DNA from: Auanema rhodensis
Taxonomy: Eukaryota > Animalia > Nematoda
DNA length: 64,000 nt
Direction: 5' to 3'
NCBI GenBank assembly: GCA_964057225.1
Contig: OZ059900.1
Coordinates: forward strand, 17,422,001 to 17,486,000
Positions 56,100-64,000 of the stretch are shown here, piece after piece. Below the pieces are notes generated by a model. It saw nothing but the letters and a program-made list of their open reading frames with translations, did not search any database and was not told the DNA's origin. Numbering within the stretch: position 1 is the stretch's first letter; every line of letters begins with the position of its first letter. A program made the position numbers and the translations under genes.

Positions 56100-59000
56100 G
56101 TAAACAAGGTTTTGACTTACGATTTCATGTGCTCAAACTCATGCAATGTCAATGAAACCTAGCTCAAAATTGTTCGTACAACGTCTAGTTCCACTTTCAC
56201 GACAAAAAAACAGGGGTTAGAAAATTAAGGAAATTAGCATATTCTGAGGGCACGCCCCTTATGGCTAATATTGATTAAATCGATTTTTGTTCATATGAGT
56301 CGTCAAATGCAACGAATTTCAGCGTGTTACATACTAAAATGAAGCATTTTACATGCTGAACACTAGAAAAATACAAAAACACAGTATTTCCCATGAGAAA
56401 TATTTTATTATGCTGGAAAACCAGTTTTTGGAAATTTCGCTGTAAACAAGGTTTTGACTTACGATTTCATGTGTTCAAACTCATGCAATGTCAATGAAAC
56501 CTAGCTCAAAATTGTTCGTACAACGTCTAGTTCCACTTTCACGACAAAAAAACAGGGGTTAGAAAATTAAGGAAATTAGCATATTCTGAGGGCACGCCCC
56601 TTATGGCTAATATTGATTAAATCGATTTTTGTTCATATGAGTCGTCAAATGCAACGAATTTCAGCGTGTTACATACTAAAATGAAGCATTTTACATGCTG
56701 AACACTAGAAAAATACAAAAACACAGTATTTCCCATGAGAAATATTTTATTATGCTGGAAAACCAGCTTTTGGAAATTTCGCTGTAAACAAGGTTTTGAC
56801 TTACGATTTCATGTGTTCAAACTCATGCAATGTCAATGAAACCTAGCTCAAAATTGTTCGTACAACGTCTAGTTCCACTTTCACGACAAAAAAACAAGGG
56901 TTAGAAAATTAAGGAAATTAGCATATTCTGAGGGCACGCCCCTTATGGCTAATATTGATTAAATCGATTTTTGTTCATATGAGTCGTCAAATGCAACGAA
57001 TTTCAGCGTGTTACATACTAAAATGAAGCATTTTACATGCTGAACACTAGAAAAATACAAAAACACAGTATTTCCCATGAGAAATATTTTATTATGCTGG
57101 AAAACCAGTTTTTGGAAATTTCGCTGTAAACAAGGTTTTGACTTACGATTTCATGTGTTCAAACTCATGCAATGTCAATGAAACATAGCTCAAAATTGTT
57201 CGTACAACGTCTAGTTCCACTTTCACGACAAAAAAACAGGGGTTAGAAAATTAAGGAAATTAGCATATTCTGAGGGCACGCCCCTTATGGCTAATATTGA
57301 TTAAATCGATTTTTGTTCATATGAGTCGTCAAATGCAACGAATTTCAGCGTGTTACATACTAAAATGAAGCATTTTACATGCTGAACACTAGAAAAATAC
57401 AAAAACACAGTATTTCCCATGAGAAATATTTTATTATGCTGGAAAACCAGTTTTTGGAAATTTCGCTGTAAACAAGGTTTTGACTTACGATTTCATGTGT
57501 TCAAACTCATGCAATGTCAATGAAACCTAGCTCAAAATTGTTCGTACAACGTCTAGTTCCACTTTCACGACAAAAAAACAGGGGTTAGAAAACTAAGGAA
57601 ATTAGCATATTCTGAGGGCACGCCCCTTATGGCTAATATTGATTAAATCGATTTTTGTTCATATGAGTCGTCAAATGCAACGAATTTCAGCGTGTTACAT
57701 ACTAAAATGAAGCCTTTTACATGCTGAACACTAGAAAAATACAAAAACACAGTATTTCCCATGAGAAATTTTTTATTATGCTGGAAAACCAGTTTTTGGA
57801 AATTTCGCTGTAAACAAGGTTTTGACTTACGATTTCATGTGCTCAAACTCATGCAATGTCAATGAAACCTAGCTCAAAATTGTTCGTACAACGTCTAGTT
57901 CCACTTTCACGACAAAAAAACAGGGGTTAGAAAATTAAGGAAATTAGCATATTCTGAGGGCACGCCCCTTATGGCTAATATTGATTAAATCGATTTTTGT
58001 TCATATGAGTCGTCAAATGCAACGAATTTCAGCGTGTTACATACTAAAATGAAGCATTTTACATGCTGAACACTAGAAAAATACAAAAACACAGTATTTC
58101 CCATGAGAAATATTTTATTATGCTGGAAAACCAGTTTTTGGAAATTTCGCTGTAAACAAGGTTTTGACTTACGATTTCATGTGTTCAAACTCATGCAATG
58201 TCAATGAAACCTAGCTCAAAATTGTTCGTACAACGTCTAGTTCCACTTTCACGACAAAAAAACAGGGGTTAGAAAATTAAGGAAATTAGCATATTCTGAG
58301 GGCACGCCCCTTATGGCTAATATTGATTAAATCGATTTTTGTTCATATGAGTCGTCAAATGCAACGAATTTCAGCGTGTTACATACTAAAATGAAGCATT
58401 TTACATGCTGAACACTAGAAAAATACAAAAACACAGTATTTCCCATGAGAAATATTTTATTATGCTGGAAAACCAGCTTTTGGAAATTTCGCTGTAAACA
58501 AGGTTTTGACTTACGATTTCATGTGTTCAAACTCATGCAATGTCAATGAAACCTAGCTCAAAATTGTTCGTACAACGTCTAGTTCCACTTTCACGACAAA
58601 AAAACAAGGGTTAGAAAATTAAGGAAATTAGCATATTCTGAGGGCACGCCCCTTATGGCTAATATTGATTAAATCGATTTTTGTTCATATGAGTCGTCAA
58701 ATGCAACGAATTTCAGCGTGTTACATACTAAAATGAAGCATTTTACATGCTGAACACTAGAAAAATACAAAAACACAGTATTTCCCATGAGAAATATTTT
58801 ATTATGCTGGAAAACCAGTTTTTGGAAATTTCGCTGTAAACAAGGTTTTGACTTACGATTTCATGTGTTCAAACTCATGCAATGTCAATGAAACATAGCT
58901 CAAAATTGTTCGTACAACGTCTAGTTCCACTTTCACGACAAAAAAACAGGGGTTAGAAAATTAAGGAAATTAGCATATTCTGAGGGCACGCCCCTTATGG

Positions 59001-59177
59001 CTAATATTGATTAAATCGATTTTTGTTCATATGAGTCGTCAAATGCAACGAATTTCAGCGTGTTACATACTAAAATGAAGCATTTTACATGCTGAACACT
59101 AGAAAAATACAAAAACACAGTATTTCCCATGAGAAATATTTTATTATGCTGGAAAACCAGTTTTTGGAAATTTCGCT
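55758..59177 (+). repeat. Tandem duplication of a 5-monomer unit (2 x 1710 bp)
   Basis: [T126C,A247C,A303T][T33C][T326C][G114A][C60A] occurs at 55758-57467 and 57468-59177. Confidence 0.9.
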
Positions 59178-59861
59178 GTAAACAAGGTTTTGACTTACGA
59201 TTTCATGTGTTCAAACTCATGCAATGTCAATGAAACCTAGCTCAAAATTGTTCGTACAACGTCTAGTTCCACTTTCACGACAAAAAAACAGGGGTTAGAA
59301 AACTAAGGAAATTAGCATATTCTGAGGGCACGCCCCTTGTGGCTAATATTGATTAAATCGATTTTTGTTCATATGAGTCGTCAAATGCAACGAATTTCAG
59401 CGTGTTACATACTAAAATGAAGCATTTTACATGCTGAACACTAGAAAAATACAAAAACACAGTATTTCCCATGAGAAATATTTTATTATGCTGGAAAACC
59501 AGTTTTTGGAAATTTCGCTGTAAACAAGGTTTTGACTTACGATTTCATGTGTTCAAACTCATGCAATGTCAATGAAACCTAGCTCAAAATTGTTCGTACA
59601 ACGTCTAGTTCCACTTTCACGACAAAAAAACAGGGGTTAGAAAATTAAGGAAATTAGCATATTCTGAGGGCACGCCCCTTATGGCTAATATTGATTAAAT
59701 CGATTTTTGTTCATATGAGTCGTCAAATGCAACGAATTTCAGCGTGTTACATACTAAAATGAAGCATTTTACATGCTGAACACTAGAAAAATACAAAAAC
59801 ACAGTATTTCCCATGAGAAATATTTTATTATGCTGGAAAACCAGTTTTTGGAAATTTCGCT

Positions 59862-62800
59862 GTAAACAAGGTTTTGACTTACGATTTCATGTGTTCAAAC
59901 TCATGCAATGTCAATGAAACCTAGCTCAAAATTGTTCGTACAACGTCTAGTTCCACTTTCACGACAAAAAAACAGGGGTTAGAAAATTAAGGAAATTAGC
60001 ATATTCTGAGGGCACGCCCCTTATGGCTAATATTGATTAAATCGATTTTTGTTCATATGAGTCGTCAAATGCAACGAATTTCAGCGTGTTACATACTAAA
60101 ATGAAGCATTTTACATGCTGAACACTAGAAAAATACAAAAACACAGTATTTCCCCTGAGAAATATTTTATTATGCTGGAAAACCAGTTTTTGGAAATTTC
60201 GCTGTAAACAAGGTTTTGACTTACGATTTCATGTGTTCAAACTCATGCAATGTCAATGAAACCTAGCTCAAAATTGTTCGTACAACGTCTAGTTCCACTT
60301 TCACGACAAAAAAACAGGGGTTAGAAAATTAAGGAAATTAGCATATTCTGAGGGCACGCCCCTTATGGCTAATATTGATTAAATCGATTTTTGTTCATAT
60401 GAGTCGTCAAATGCAACGAATTTCAGCGTGTTACATACTAAAATGAAGCATTTTACATGCTGAACACTAGAAAAATACAAAAACACAGTATTTCCCATGA
60501 GAAATATTTTATTATGCTGGAAAACCAGTTTTTGGAAATTTCGCTGTAAACAAGGTTTTGACTTACGATTTCATGTGTTCAAACTCATGCAATGTCGATG
60601 AAACCTAGCTCAAAATTGTTCGTACAACGTCTAGTTCCACTTTCACGACAAAAAAACAGGGGTTAGAAAATTAAGGAAATTAGCATATTCTGAGGGCACG
60701 CCCCTTATGGCTAATATTGATTAAATCGATTTTTGTTCATATGAGTCGTCAAATGCAACGAATTTCAGCGTGTTACATACTAAAATGAAGCATTTTACAT
60801 GCTGAACACTAGAAAAATACAAAAACACAGTATTTCCCATGAGAAATATTTTATTATGCTGGAAAACCAGTTTTTGGAAATTTCGCTGTAAACAAGGTTT
60901 TGACTTACGATTTCATGTGTTCAAACTCATGCAATGTCGATGAAACCTAGCTCAAAATTGTTCGTACAACGTCTAGTTCCACTTTCACGACAAAAAAACA
61001 GGGGTTAGAAAATTAAGGAAATTAGCATATTCTGAGGGCACGCCCCTTATGGCTAATATTGATTAAATCGATTTTTGTTCATATGAGTCGTCAAATGCAA
61101 CGAATTTCAGCGTGTTACATACCAAAATGAAGCATTTTACATGCTGAACACTAGAAAAATACAAAAACACAGTATTTCCCATGAGAAATATTTTATTATG
61201 CTGGAAAACCAGTTTTTGGAAATTTCGCTGTAAACAAGGTTTTGACTTACGATTTCATGTGTTCAAACTCATGCAATGTCAATGAAACCTAGCTCAAAAT
61301 TGTTCGTACAACGTCTAGTTCCACTTTCACGACAAAAAAACAGGGGTTAGAAAATTAAGGAAATTAGCATATTCTGAGGGCACGCCCCTTATGGCTAATA
61401 TTGATTAAATCGATTTTTGTTCATATGAGTCGTCAAATGCAACGAATTTCAGCGTGTTACATACTAAAATGAAGCATTTTACATGCTGAACACTAGAAAA
61501 ATACAAAAACACAGTATTTCCCATGAGAAATATTTTATTATGCTGGAAAACCAGTTTTTGGAAATTTCGCTGTAAACAAGGTTTTGACTTACGATTTCAT
61601 GTGTTCAAACTCATGCAATGTCAATGAAACCTAGCTCAAAATTGTTCGTACAACGTCTAGTTCCACTTTCACGACAAAAAAACAAGGGTTAGAAAATTAA
61701 GGAAATTAGCATATTCTGAGGGCACGCCCCTTATGGCTAATATTGATTAAATCGATTTTTGTTCATATGAGTCGTCAAATGCAACGAATTTCAGCGTGTT
61801 ACATACTAAAATGAAGCATTTTACATGCTGAACACTATAAAAATACAAAAACACAGTATTTCCCATGAGAAATATTTTATTATGCTGGAAAACCAGTTTT
61901 TGGAAATTTCGCTGTAAACAAGGTTTTGACTTACGATTTCATGTGTTCAAACTCATGCAATGTCAATGAAACCTAGCTCAAAATTGTTCGTACAACGTCT
62001 AGTTCCACTTTCACGACAAAAAAACAGGGGTTAGAAAACTAAGGAAATTAGCATATTCTGAGGGCACGCCCCTTATGGCTAATATTGATTAAATCGATTT
62101 TTGTTCATATGAGTCGTCAAATGCAACGAATTTCAGCGTGTTACATACTAAAATGAAGCATTTTACATGCTGAACACTAGAAAAATACAAAAACACAGTA
62201 TTTCCCATGAGAAATATTTTATTATGCTGGAAAACCAGTTTTTGGAAATTTCGCTGTAAACAAGGTTTTGACTTACGATTTCATGTGTTCAAACTCATGC
62301 AATGTCAATGAAACCTAGCTCAAAATTGTTCGTACAACGTCTAGTTCCACTTTCACGACAAAAAAACAGGGGTTAGAAAACTAAGGAAATTAGCATATTC
62401 TGAGGGCACGCCCCTTATGGCTAATATTGATTAAATCGATTTTTGTTCATATGAGTCGTCAAATGCAACGAATTTCAGCGTGTTACATACTAAAATGAAG
62501 CATTTTACATGCTGAACACTAGAAAAATACAAAAACACAGTATTTCCCATGAGAAATATTTTATTATGCTGGAAAACCAGTTTTTGGAAATTTCGCTGTA
62601 AACAAGGTTTTGACTTACGATTTCATGTGTTCAAACTCATGCAATGTCAATGAAACCTAGCTCAAAACTGTTCGTACAACGTCTAGTTCCACTTTCACGA
62701 CAAAAAAACAGGGGTTAGAAAATTAAGGAAATTAGCATATTCTGAGGGCACGCCCCTTATGGCTAATATTGATTAAATCGATTTTTGTTCATATGAGTCG

Positions 62801-63280
62801 TCAAATGCAACGAATTTCAGCGTGTTACATACTAAAATGAAGCATTTTACATGCTGAACACTAGAAAAATACAAAAACACAGTATTTCCCATGAGAAATA
62901 TTTTATTATGCTGGAAAACCAGCTTTTGGAAATTTCGCTGTAAACAAGGTTTTGACTTACGATTTCATGTGTTCAAACTCATGCAATGTCAATGAAACCT
63001 AGCTCAAAATTGTTCGTACAACGTCTAGTTCCACTTTCACGACAAAAAACAAGGGTTAGAAAATTAAGGAAATTAGCATATTCTGAGGGCACGCCCCTTA
63101 TGGCTAATATTGATTAAATCGATTTTTGTTCATATGAGTCGTCAAATGCAACGAATTTCAGCGTGTTACATACTAAAATGAAGCATTTTACATGCTGAAC
63201 ACTAGAAAAATACAAAAACACAGTATTTCCCATGAGAAATATTTTATTATGCTGGAAAACCAGTTTTTGGAAATTTCGCT
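59862..63280 (+). repeat. Fourth, diverged copy (10 monomers) of the 12-mer HOR
   Basis: The order [A294C][cons][A52G][A52G,T236C][cons][G114A,G267T][T126C][T126C][T71C,T326C][G114A] is the same, but C145G and T233G are absent. Confidence 0.88.
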
Positions 63281-63964
63281 GTAAACAAGGTTTTGACTTA
63301 CGATTTCATGTGTTCAAACTCATGCAATGTCAATGAAACCTAGCTCAAAACTGTTCGTACAACGTCTAGTTCCACTTTCACGACAAAAAAACAGGGGTTA
63401 GAAAATTAAGGAAATTAGCATATTCTGAGGGCACGCCCCTTATGGCTAATATTGATTAAATCGATTTTTGTTCATATGAGTCGTCAAATGCAACGAATTT
63501 CAGCGTGTTACATACTAAAATGAAGCATTTTACATGCTAAACACTAGAAAAATACAAAAACACAGTATTTCCCATGAGAAATATTTTATTATGCTGGAAA
63601 ACCAGCTTTTGGAAATTTCGCTGTAAACAAGGTTTTGACTTACGATTTCATGTGTTCAAACTCATGCAATGTCAATGAAACCTAGCTCAAAATTGTTCGT
63701 ACAACGTCTAGTTCCACTTTCACGACAAAAAAACAAGGGTTAGAAAATTAAGGAAATTAGCATATTCTGAGGGCACGCCCCTTATGGCTAATATTGATTA
63801 AATCGATTTTTGTTCATATGAGTCGTCAAATGCAACGAATTTCAGCGTGTTACATACTAAAATGAAGCATTTTACATGCTGAACACTAGAAAAATACAAA
63901 AACACAGTATTTCCCATGAGAAATATTTTATTATGCTGGAAAACCAGTTTTTGGAAATTTCGCT
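62598..63964 (+). repeat. 2-monomer tandem duplication
   Basis: [T71C,T326C][G114A] occurs at 62598 and again at 63281. Private changes are a delA in the 62940 monomer and G259A in the 63281 monomer. Confidence 0.8.
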
Positions 63965-64000
63965 GTAAACAAGGTTTTGACTTACGATTTCATGTGTTCA

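Larger units (their letters stand above)
1..64000 (+). repeat. 342-bp tandem satellite DNA array, 187 full monomers + 36 bp, about 34% GC, highly homogeneous; probable centromeric/pericentromeric satellite
   Basis: GTAAACAAGGTTTTGACTTACG recurs at 1, 343, 685 ... 3421, 6841 and so on to 63965. The register shifts only at 1-bp deletions (monomers starting 9919, 11970, 22229, 26006, 35239, 62940) and one +16 insertion (monomer 23254); 1 + 187x342 + 10 = 63965 closes exactly. No inversions or foreign sequence were seen. The centromeric role is inference only. Confidence 0.99.

Noticed and set aside
63044-63049. 1-bp deletion in the A7 tract as a link to the 9.9 and 12.0 kb deletions
   Set aside because: It is on a different haplotype background (G114A) 51 kb away. 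Homopolymer slippage or sequencing error is the simpler explanation.
1-64000. Giant repetitive ORF, since 342 bp is a multiple of 3 (114 codons)
   Set aside because: All six frames are closed in each monomer: plus-strand TAG at 61, TAA at 2 and TGA at 54; minus-strand stops from plus-strand TCA at 34, TCA at 26 and TTA at 18.
1-64000. CRISPR array or other repeat-spacer system
   Set aside because: There are no unique spacers; the whole 342 bp repeats, and no cas or other genes are present.
1-64000. Variant pattern as an encoded message or programmed diversification system
   Set aside because: The order of variants is explained by nested duplications, deletions and conversions. No associated enzyme gene or template region is present.

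Overview
The whole 64 kb window is one uninterrupted head-to-tail satellite DNA array: 187 complete copies plus a 36-bp partial copy of a 342-bp, AT-rich monomer (about 34% GC, counted by hand), all in one orientation. Monomers differ from the consensus by only 0-4 substitutions (about 99% identity or better). The 342-bp register is broken by only six 1-bp deletions and one net +16-bp insertion. There are no genes (all six frames hit stop codons in every monomer), RNA genes, CRISPR spacers or transposons. The architecture is typical of a eukaryotic centromeric or pericentromeric satellite; that is inference, and I cannot identify the family or organism. The informative content lies in the variant pattern. 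It shows nested higher-order repeats (2-, 3-, 4-, 5-, 6- and 12-monomer duplications), duplicated blocks 12-14 kb apart, a switch between variant domains near 35-37.6 kb and probable in-register gene conversions. It also shows a locally templated insertion at 23393-23409 and an apparent excess of variants on a 43-bp imperfect palindrome. The monomer also contains a CENP-B-box-like 17-mer and traces of an ancient 2 x ~171-bp dimer. Variants are named by monomer position, with monomer 1 = window 1-342 and consensus G at position 200. They were read by eye, so a few may be missed.
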